Below, piece after piece: positions 26,290 through 35,445 of a stretch of DNA of 64,000 nt. The notes beneath the pieces are model-generated. The model ran no database searches. It saw only the letters and a list, made by a program, of their open reading frames with translations, and was not told the DNA's origin. Position numbers and translations under genes: made by a program. Each line of letters starts with the position of its first letter. The first letter of the stretch is position 1. Origin of the DNA: Felis catus (lineage: Eukaryota); assembly GCF_018350175.1 (NCBI RefSeq), contig NC_058368.1, positions 125,800,001 to 125,864,000 of the forward strand, written 5' to 3'.

Positions 26290-26610
26290 CACTTAATGCC
26301 TCCTACTATTGATTCTCTGTTTTCCTCACTCTCACCTTGCATTTCTGTTGGCCTCCATTGTTTACCTGATGGCGTAACCCATACCCTCACGCTTAAGTAG
26401 TCTCAGCCCCCATTCACCATGCCCTTCTCAAAACAAGATTTCTGCACTTGCCCATTTGCCGTAATAACTGGGAAGGGGAGGACCAAGAGGTGCTCAAGTG
26501 GACCACCAAGTGGATAGCAACGCTACTACCTGATGATTGGTCAGTTACTCTGCCCAAACGATTACTCCTCCTCTTGCCACCTGGTTCCTAGGCACATGGA
26601 GACTGACTGC
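26290..26610 (-). pseudogene. ERVL dUTPase and downstream pol C-terminal remnant
   Basis: Minus strand gives, across frameshifts, LHVPRNQVARGGVIVWA...HLLVLPFPVITANGQVQK...GMV...SVRVWVTPSGKQWRPTEMQGESEEN; resembles ERVL ...PRDQQARRGVTILAG...LLVLPCP...NGQVQQP...GMKVWVTPPGK. Confidence 0.7.
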
Positions 26611-26769
26611 CAAGGCTATAGTAAACATTTATAATACAATGGGATTATACTCTATTCTTTGGATCAAGTATTCTCCCTTTAAGAACAAGCATCTTTAAAT
26701 GCATAGAGCCCAGAGTTGTGTATAGAAAGGGCACACAAATGATTCAAGCATGGAACTGGGAAAGATGAG

Positions 26770-26935
26770 AGGACAACTTTTGTTTCCATGCCTTAGTTCC
26801 TAGATTCATATATTTATCATTTGGGAATATGATCCATATTCTTTGATTCAAAGAATATACTAACCTTGGAAGATGATACCCCATCCTAGTAAATCATTGG
26901 TCCTAAGTTGAAATTTCATCTGTGCCTTTGGAAGG
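26770..26935 (-). pseudogene. ERVL integrase core C-terminal remnant
   Basis: Minus strand KAQMKFQLRTNDLLGWGIIFQ / VYSLNQR; compare ERVL LLKAQLKCQLGGNTLQGWGAILQDAVYTLNQR. Confidence 0.7.
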
Positions 26936-26944
26936 ATATTTCAA

Positions 26945-27220
26945 TGCTCTATCTATGTGGTTATTTAGTACCTATTCTATGTTGGATGCTATTTGGTGGG
27001 CTTGATAAAATTATACAAGGGTTTTTATAATTTGTGTCCACTTCCATATGTTCATTCACATGCCTGTGCCCTGAATTTCCTTGTCCCTGATTTTCCTATT
27101 TTTTTTCTTTCCAGGCCCTGATCAGCCCACCAAGCCAATTGCCACTACTCGTGAGTCTATATATGTATTCCCATCTTGTGTAGCTTCTCTTTCTCCACAA
27201 AGTAGATGGCTAGGTGCAGA
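26945..27220 (-). pseudogene. ERVL pol RNase H remnant
   Basis: Minus strand LHLAIYFVEKEK / YIDSRVVAIGLVG*SG / WKEK..KIRDKEIQGTGM*MNIWKWTQIIKTLV*FYQAHQIASNIE*VLNNHIDR; compare ERVL YTDSWAVANGLAGWSG...HVNAHQ...NNQVD. Confidence 0.8.
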
Positions 27221-27379
27221 GAAGTGACTTTGCACTATCTCTTGAGGTCCTTGCTAAGATTCTAAATCCTGCAGGTTTAGAAAGTATACTGTCTTTCTTC
27301 TCTTATGGACCCAGTATGTCCTTGGCTTGGTTATGCTGAAAGTTAACCTTAGCTATTGGTCAAGTGAGCTGCTTGGGAG

Positions 27380-27628
27380 ATAGGGATATATCCTGAAAGA
27401 AGCAAACATTATCTTTCAGAGGGAGACCTCTGCATTTTCTCCTTACAAAAGTAGAGTGTGTTAGCTGTTGATAGTGGGGGTGCACTTTTTCAGCCTTATA
27501 GGCTGTCAGGGATCTAAGGATTTAGGATTTTTGTTGATCTCTACTTTAGATACTTATCTAAAGTATCTGTGTGAAGGTCATATTCTCTCCTAGCCCGGGT
27601 CCTAATCTTGGCATGGAAGATCTGTTTT
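27380..27628 (-). pseudogene. ERVL gag remnant
   Basis: Minus strand QIFHAKIRTRARREYDLHT (compare QVSYAKVRALIGKEWDPET), followed by a proline-rich segment ENAEVSL*KIM. Confidence 0.55.
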
Positions 27629-27827
27629 TAATTAGAAACTGAAATGAGGGCTCAAATACAGCCTCAGCCAACACCAGAGAGAGCGTGTAGGCTGAAATGA
27701 CCCTTCATAAATGTCTTGAGCTTGGCCAAGATGATCAGATATTTGTACTCCTGCATTGATCAAGCATTGGATATAGGTCTAGGGAAAGGGCATTACCTTG
27801 GATGAAAACTCTCCAGTGGAGGCAATT

Positions 27828-28039
27828 TTTTAAAAAAGTTTATTTATTTTTGAGAGAGAATATGAGAGGGGGGGGGCGGGGGGGAGGTGCAGAGAGAGAG
27901 AGAGCAGGAGACAGATAAACTGAAGCAGGCTCCATGCTGTCAACGCAAAACCTGATATAGGGCTCGAATCTATGAACCCTGAGATCATGACACAAGCTGA
28001 AGTTGGATGCTCAACTGACTGAACCACCAGGCGTCCCCC
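27828..28039 (-). mobile_element. SINEC inserted in the ERVL 5' LTR
   Basis: Antisense SINEC; TSD aggcaatt at 27820-27827 and 28040-28047. Confidence 0.93.
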
Positions 28040-28463
28040 AGGCAATTCTTGAAGGGGCTGACAGCTAACAGGTACCTGACAGCTCTCCAAGCAGTGGGGG
28101 CAATAAGTCCTCTATTGAAAAGGGATCTAGACATGAGAGCTAATCCTTTTAGGGAAGTAGCAATTTGAGGAACATATGGAAGAAACTTTCAGAAGGATTA
28201 TGCCATCTCTTTACATGGCTCTGCCTTTGTACATTCTGCCTTTTCTGTCCCAAATGATCTTTTACCTACTTTTAATTCTTTTCTTAGCTAACTGAGACCT
28301 GTCCTGTAAGCATTGGCTTCTCAGGGTAGCTTTTTTTTTTTTTTTTTTTTTTCTCACCACCTTCAACCTCAAGGCTACTTGCCTAACAAACTTCCTGGCT
28401 GATTAAATGATCCTTTGAGTCACCTTGATGTTTTTAACATGCTTCTATGTTAACTCTATTAAC

Positions 28464-29142
28464 TCTATTAGTCTGTTTGGCTGGTGTAACAGAATACCAG
28501 AGACTGCGGGGTTTGGGGAGGGGGGCTTATAAACAACAGAAATTTATTTCTGGAGGCTGGGAAGTCCAAGATCAAGGCACCAGCTAATTTGTTGTCTGAT
28601 GAGGACCAACTTCCTGGTCCATAGATGGCTGTCTTCTTCCTGTGTCCTCATATGGCTAAAGAGGAGAGGGAGCCTTATTGGGTCTCTTTTATAAGGGCAC
28701 TAATCTCATTCATGAAGGCTCTACTCTCATGACCTAGTCACCTCCCAGAGGCTGCATCTTCAGGTACCATCATGTTGGGGATTAGGGTTTGTTTTTGTTT
28801 TTGTGTTTTGTTTTGTTTTGTTGAGAAGTTAAAAAAATTTTTTTAACATTTATTTTTGAGAAACAGAGAGAGAGACAGTGAGTGGGGGAGGGGGAGAGAG
28901 AGAGAGGGACACAGAATCTGGAGCAGGCTCCAGGATCCAAGCTGGATATGAGCATAAAGCCCAATGCTGAGCTCAAACCCATGAACTTAATGAGTTCATT
29001 GAGTCATGAGTTGAACTCAAACTCATGACCTGAGCAGAAGTGGGATGCTGAACCGACTGAGCCACCCAGGTGCCCTGAGGATTAGGTTTTAACATGTGAA
29101 TTGTTCTGGGTATTGGGGAGACAAAACATTTAGTCCATAACA
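28464..29142 (-). mobile_element. MLT1A0-like MaLR solo LTR, interrupted by SINEC
   Basis: tctattagtctgtttgg...aacaacagaaatttatttctggaggctgggaagtccaagatcaagg...tagtccataaca; exact 5-bp TSD TTAAC at 28459-28463 and 29143-29147. Confidence 0.9.
28790..29075 (-). mobile_element. SINEC nested in MLT1A, with long (TTTTG)n tail
   Basis: Antisense head ccgactgagccacccaggtgccc; TSD ggattagg(g)ttt at ~28779 and ~29079. Confidence 0.93.
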
Positions 29143-29344
29143 TTAACACCTAATACACTGATATGTAATTATGCAATTACCTTCTTATATTTTAACTTGG
29201 ACTATACATTTCTTGAGGGTTATAAATTTTCTTTTATTTCTGGGTATTCAAGATCAGAATGAGTATGGTACATTTCATATATCATATATATTAAATACAT
29301 AAATGAACCCAAAATAATATCATTCATGTTGTACTATAAGGACA

Positions 29345-29545
29345 TAGGGCTAGAGTCAAGAGACTCAATTTGAGTTCTTACTTGATTATAGATAGACAAT
29401 AGATAAGTCATTCAATCTCACTATATCTCAGTTTTACCCTCTGTAAAATGTAGACAAGTACTTTCCCTACACTGTATCATTATTTTAAAGATAAAAGAAA
29501 ATAAAATATGTGAAAGAATTTTGGATAATAAAAGGGCTATATGAA
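29345..29545 (+). mobile_element. MIR
   Basis: gggctagagtcaagagactc...ataagtcattcaatctcactatatctcagttttaccctctgtaaaatg. Confidence 0.7.
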
Positions 29546-30756
29546 TGCCAGGAGTGATTACTGTTGATCTCTCTATCACTTTCTTCACCAGTGACCAATG
29601 TTCACTTATGCTGCTGCCTGTGAATGTTTCTGTTCTAATCCTCCATGTTGATCACAGATACAGACTCTTTACTGTTGTTATAGTGTATCTTCTCTGTTCT
29701 TTTCAATTCTGGACAATTAGCCTATATGTGTATTTGGAAACTGGTGAACAAATAAGCCACTGAAAACTATCACCTCTGGGAGAACTCCCAAGAACAGCTA
29801 AAGGCTAGTCATAGAGGGTGGAAAGATGATTGAGATATAGTTTCTAACTGTAGGAAACTGGTAGTCTTCTAGACAGAGACAAACACATAGCAATTTAAGA
29901 GAAATAAAATATTATAGGTATCTTATAAATATAAATATGAGATGGGATATTGTGCAGGTACAAAGGAAGGAGTGTTTGTGGTAGCTCAAGAGAGTCTCCA
30001 TTAAAGAGGTGAAGCTTGCTTGGGAGTAGGTCTGATGCAGGAAGACAAGGAACTGAAGAGCATCCAGGATGAGCAGAGGCCCTAAGAAGAAGACAGCCAC
30101 ACATGTGCCCATTTTAGTGTTATGAAAGCATCCTTAGACATGTTACCTGAAAAACCTGCCCAGATCTTGCAAGATGAATTCTTATTAGATGGGCCTCAGT
30201 TATCATGCTATGGGGCCACCATCTCATTTTCTTATTTTTTGTTTTTATTTCAGCCTTCCAGCCCAGGCTTTGGGGCCTTTGGGCTATGGACTTTCTGTGT
30301 CCCTACATCAAAAAATGTATATTCAGAGATGAAGGAAAAAAAATGAAGTATCTTAGTAATAGTTTTAAGTAAATACGCAAGTAATCAGGAATTCAAGAGA
30401 GAGAGAGAGAGAGAGATTTATATCTTAAGAGACAAGTTTAGGATAAAAAATTACTAGACTTGGAATCTGAGGACTTGAATTCAAGCCTTCTAAGTCAGGT
30501 ACTAGCTGTATGATTTGGATGCTTGGTGAACATTGCTTACCTTCAGGTGATTACTTACACTTACACTCCGTGTCATTACAAGAATGAAAACTTCAGTTTG
30601 CAAAAGGACAGTGCTGTTTCTGGTCTAGACCCAGGTCTGCACACTCAATTCACACTGAATTTTTGTTGTTGAATTAATTATAGCTATATCTGTGGAGGAA
30701 AGAATTAGATTTAACATGGTAAAGATGATGAATTCCAAAATATCTCCCTTTATTTA

Positions 30757-30941
30757 TTTTTTACTTTTTAATTTTTTTTTAGAGACAGAGAATGCTCATG
30801 GGGGAGATGGGCAGATAGAAAGAGATAATCTTAAGCAGGTTCCATGCTCTGTGTGGAGCCCAATGACCAATGACCCTGGGATCATACTCTAAGCCAAAAT
30901 AAAGAGTTGGATGCTCAAACAAATGGGCCACCCATGTGTCC
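30757..30941 (-). mobile_element. Degraded SINEC at the L1 tail
   Basis: Antisense SINEC; TSD tccctttattta at ~30745 and ~30939. Confidence 0.85.
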
Positions 30942-31366
30942 CTTTATTTACTTTTACAAAATTTTTATTTATTTCTTTAAAAGTATGTGTATTTTTAATT
31001 GAAGTATAATTAGCACACAGCATTATATTAGTTTCGGGTGTACAATGTAGTGCTTCAACAATTCTATACATTGCTCAGCACTCCTCATGATAATTACATT
31101 CTTAACTCCCTTTTTCCATTTTTCTATTTCACCTCTGCCCTCCCTGGCAACCATCAGTTTATTCTCTGTATTTAAGAGTCTGTCTTTGTTGTACCTTTCC
31201 TCCTTTATTTATTTATTTTTTAAAATTCCACATATGAGTGAAATTATATGGTATTTGTCTTTCTTTGTTTGGCTTATTTCACTTAGCATTATATACTCTA
31301 GGTATATCTTTGTTGTTGCAAATGTCAAGATCTCATTTTTTATGACTCAGTAATATTCTACTGTAA

Positions 31367-31373
<7 letters not shown>

Positions 31374-31414
<41 letters not shown>

Positions 31415-31444
31415 ACACTTACATACATACATACATACATATAC
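31374..31444. repeat. (GT)n then (TACA)n microsatellite inside L1
   Basis: Direct read of the sequence. Confidence 0.95.
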
Positions 31445-32120
31445 CACATCTTCTTTATCCATTTATCAATATGTAGACACTTGGGTTACTTTCATATCTT
31501 GGCCATTGTCAATAATGCTGCAATAAAAATAGTGCAATAAAAATAATGCTGCATACGTTTTTTTGATTTAGTGCTTTTATTTTCTACAAGTAAATACCCA
31601 GTAGTGGAATTAATGGATCATATGGTAGTTCTATTTTTAATTTTTTGAGGAACCTCCATAGTATTTTCCACAGTTGTTGTACTAATTTAACTTTCCACCA
31701 GTGGTGCACAAGGGTTCCTTTTTCTCCATATCCTTGGCAATACTAGTTATTTCTTGCCCTTTTGATCCTAGCTATTCTGACAGATGTTAGGTGCCATCTC
31801 ACTGTGGTTTTGATTTGTTTATTCCTGATGATTACTGATGTTGAGCATCTCTTCATGTGTCTATTGGCCATCTGTATGTCTTCTTTGGAAAAATGTATCT
31901 TCAGGTCCTCTGCCCATTTTTTAATTGGATTATTGTGGTGTTTTTGGTGTTGAGGTATATAAGTTCTTTATGTATTTTGGATATTAACCCCTTATTGAAT
32001 AGATAATTTGCAAATATCTTCTCTCATTCCATAAGTTGCTTGTAATTTTGTTGATGCTTTCCTTTGGTGTGCAAAAACTTTTTATTTTGGTGTAGTCTCA
32101 ATAGTTTAATTTTTCTTTAA

Positions 32121-33256
32121 CAGTAAAACCTTAGATTGCGAGTAACTTGTTTTGCACGTGTACTGCAAGATGAGCAAACATTTCCAATAGATTTTTAATT
32201 GATAAATAAGCATTGTCTTGCAATATGAGTTGCATGTCTCAGGCTGTGGTATTTGGCAGAAATCCATGATTTTTCAGAATGTTGGAAGGTGCCCACAACT
32301 GGCACTAGTGTACTTTTTGTCACTTCAAAGCACCTATGGAAGTCCTTTGCTTTTTCATACAAGTGTAAGCTTAGGAATGCTTTGCTTCATTCTAGGTCAG
32401 GCTGCCTGCAGATATAGACCCTTTCCTCTGCTGCCTTATTGCCAGTCTCATTAAATACAGTATATGACAAGAGCTTATTAATACTGTACTGTAGTCAACA
32501 TCTGTGTGAGTGTACACAATGGCCTCCATGCAGAAAAGGTTGAAAAGAAAGGAGGTAAGAGGAAGGAGATGATTATGGTGGAAGTTAAGAAGGAAATCAT
32601 TGAAAAGTATGATGAAGTATGTGAATGGCTGAAACTGAAAGATTTTATAAGAAGACTATGTCTGTATCTCATCTGTAGAGGAGGAGGTGAAAAAGTCAGA
32701 GGAATCTCTCCCTTCATATGAGATTAGAGAGATGTGTAAAAAGGGAAACGGTGCAAAATTTTGTAGAAAAGCACCACCAAATAAGGCTGTAGCAGTGTGA
32801 GCAATGAATCTGTTTAATGACAATGCAAGTTCACATTTCCATGAAATCCTCAAAAGGAGGCAAAAGCATGTGTCATTGGATAGGTTCCTTATTAAAGTTG
32901 CTCAAAAAGAAAAAGATTCCATTGAGCCAATAGACAGCAATGATTCCATTAGTAATAGTGAAAATCGTTCTACACAGTAACCCTCATCTCTCTTGTGTCC
33001 CTCACATGAGCCACAAAGGTTTTCAAAGGTAAGTGTAGGTTAACTTGTTTATTTTTCTTTATATTTTATATTTTCTTTATTATTTTGTATCATATTACAG
33101 TATTTTAATCACTTTTATATGAATATTTTTGGGTTGTGGAATGAATCATCTGAGTTTCCATTATTTCTTGTGGGGAAATTCGCTTTGATGTACAAGTGCT
33201 TTGGATTACAAGCATGTTTCTGGAATGAATTACACTCACAGACCAAGGTTTTACTG
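32121..33256 (+). mobile_element. Tigger2-type (Tigger2a_Car-like) TcMar DNA transposon, internally deleted
   Basis: TIRs cagtaaaacctt (32121) / aaggttttactg (ending 33256) followed by TA. ORF 32506..32721 KRKEMIMVEVKKEIIEKY resembles a CENP-B/pogo N-terminal HTH; the C-terminal relic NLFNDNASSHFHEILKRRQKHVSLDRFL follows directly. Confidence 0.9.
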
Positions 33257-33304
33257 TATTTCCCTTGCTTTGGGAGACATAGCTAGGAAAATGTTTCTAC
33301 AGCC

Positions 33305-33865
33305 CAATATTGTTAAAATGTCCATACTACCCAAGGCAATCTACAGATTTAGTGCAATCTCTATCAAAATGCCAACAACATTTTTCACAGAACTAGAACG
33401 AATAATCCTTAAATTTTTTTGGTATCCCAAAAGACTTAATATAGCCAGAGAAGTCTTGAGAATGAAGAACAAATCTGGAGGTATCACAATCCTAGATTTT
33501 AGACTATACTACAAAGCTATAGTAATCAAACCTATACGACACTGGCACAAATAAACACACAGGTCAGTGGAACAGAAGAGAGAGTCCATAAATAAATGCA
33601 TGATTATATGGTCAATAAATCTATGATAAAGGAGGAAAGAATATGCAATAGAGAAAAGACTGTCTCCTCAATACATGGTATTGGGGAAGCAAAAGAATGA
33701 AACTGAAAGTGGACTACTTTCATACACCATACACAAAATTAAACTCAAAATGGATTAAAGACCTAAATGTGAGACCTAGAACCATAAGGTTCCTAGAAGA
33801 AAACATAGGAAGTAATTTCTTTGACATTGGCTACAGAAACTTTTTTTTAGATATTTCTCCTCAGA
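33305..33865 (+). mobile_element. Inverted 5' segment of the same L1 (ORF2 remnant)
   Basis: ORF 33201..33554 contains [23 protein letters not shown]...[18 protein letters not shown] (L1 ORF2p); continues to aactcaaaatggattaaagacctaaatgtgagacc...gatatttctcctcag. Confidence 0.92.
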
Positions 33866-33889
33866 TCTCTTCTTAAACTGGAAAGCATG

Positions 33890-34240
33890 TTGCCTGATGG
33901 AATGCCATAGGTACCAGAGCTGAACCACCCGAGTGGGAGTCCCCTCTCTGCTGCTTATTGACTCTCTGACTTTATACATGTCATTTAATCTCTCTGTGTT
34001 CCCATTCTCAATAGCAGAATCAGGTTTTGATGATTAAATCACTGTTTTGACACTGGGAATTGCAGTAATAAACAAAATTCGAAAACCCCCTTTTTTATGT
34101 AGGTTATGTTCTAGTGATGATGATAATAATCTCTATTTTAACATTGTAGTGAGGATTAAATATGTCTTTGTACCTAAAGCCATTTGAACAGTGCCTGACA
34201 TATAGAAAGTACATAATATCTACTAGGTATTATTATTATT
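33890..34240 (+). mobile_element. MIR, interrupted
   Basis: catgtcatttaatctctctgtgttccc...ttgtagtgaggattaaat...aacagtgcctgacatatagaaagtac. Confidence 0.7.
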
Positions 34241-35164
34241 AGACCAAACTCTGATCTTTGTAGACTTAAAAGCTATGAGTGTCTGTGGCGTCCCTTTATT
34301 CCTTAACATGACAGCACGTTGCAAGTACCAGCCCTAAAGAAATGTAGGCTTCAATATATTAGAATTTAGTAAATTTTGGTTCTTCTTTTAGTGGAAAGAC
34401 TTCCTTGTAGTCCTATGGAAGTGGCTTTCTCAATATCGTTAATCTCAATCTTGGTTCTTCCACTTCTGTCCTTTTGTAGGGCTGGTTTAATCCTCTCTGC
34501 CATGGTTATGGGATCCTCCCCACTTGCTTGCTTCCTGTCTTGAGTGGTAGAAATTCTATTGTTTGAAGATTCCCTATTCTCCCCTACCCTGTCCCCAATT
34601 ACCCTGCCTCCTGGGAGATTTTTCACCTCTCTTCTCACCTCTCACTTCCTTTCCGTACCACTCATTTGACTCTGAACACTTCTGCTCTGAATTATAGGCT
34701 TTTTTTTTTTTTTTAATAAAAGCGTTGTTAGTAGCTGAGAAGGATGGGCAGTGATGAGGTCTTATATTCTTTTGCATTTTTCTGTAGTCCTTTGCACAAT
34801 AGGTATTTAGTGTGGTTTATTTCCATGTGGCTTTGGTGGATTTTCTGTTTGTATAAAAGCAGTGAGGGGATTTGCTACTATGGATACTTTCAGCCGAATG
34901 TTGTGTGGAGCAGTTGGGATGGCTTTCAGGGAGAAGGATGGGTAGGTAACAGTAATTACGGACAGGATGGACCTAAATATTGCAACTTACGTGTTCTGTG
35001 AACTTAGCTTATAAAACTGCGGAGGGAAATGGAGAAAGTTGGTCTTCACTGGCTTTTGTTGTGAGAAGCCAACCACACGCAGGTGGAAAAATCAACTTAG
35101 CAAATACGGTGAGTTTTTTTCTAAGGCATTAGATGTTAGTTTCCATCTTGCTGGTCAGACTGCT

Positions 35165-35445
35165 GTTTATGAACCAACAGGGTTAGCAACACTTGGAAGT
35201 TTATTAGAAATGCAGAATCTCAGGCTTCACTACTGTACCAAACTACGAATTTTAACAAGATTACCAGGTGAATCTTATTCAACTAAATGTTGATAAGCCT
35301 TGAATTCTAGAGTTGAGCATTTAAATATTCCTGTATCTGAGCTGCTTCCCAAACAAATTAAATGAGAATCTGTAGGTGGGGGTGGGCCTCAGTAATTTTT
35401 AAAGCTCTGTAGATTCCAATGTGTAATGAAAGCTGAGAACCACTA
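35165..35445. mobile_element. Two MER5-like hAT-Charlie fragments
   Basis: ttattagaaatgcagaatctcagg...ttttaacaagattaccaggtga and aattaaatgagaatctgtaggtggggg...gctgagaaccact. Confidence 0.7.

Larger units (their letters stand above)
25712..28135 (-). mobile_element. Collapsed ERVL (LTR16/ERV3-16A3-like) provirus: 3' LTR, internal remnants, partial 5' LTR
   Basis: Two homologous LTR segments (~25712-26125 and ~27635-28135) flank minus-strand degenerate gag, RNase H, integrase and dUTPase peptides translated by hand. Confidence 0.8.
30960..33305 (-). mobile_element. L1 (L1MA9/L1_Carn-like) 3' UTR and ORF2 end, non-inverted part, split by Tigger
   Basis: ttaattgaagtataatt...attccacatatgagtgaaattatatggtatttgtc...ggccatctgtatgtcttctttggaaaaatgt; resumes after the Tigger with tttcccttgctttgggagacatag. 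Confidence 0.92.

Noticed and set aside
27867..27888. G-run with G-quadruplex potential
   Set aside because: A poly-G expansion inside the SINEC variable tract; also a homopolymer prone to sequencing error.
32506..32721. Possible domesticated TIGD/CENP-B-like gene
   Set aside because: It sits between intact TIRs, is frameshifted and lacks the DDE domain, so it is a non-autonomous Tigger relic.
33201..33554. 117-aa ORF joining Tigger end, antisense L1 and sense L1 ORF2
   Set aside because: An accidental read-through across the inversion junction with a non-ATG start; no evidence of expression.
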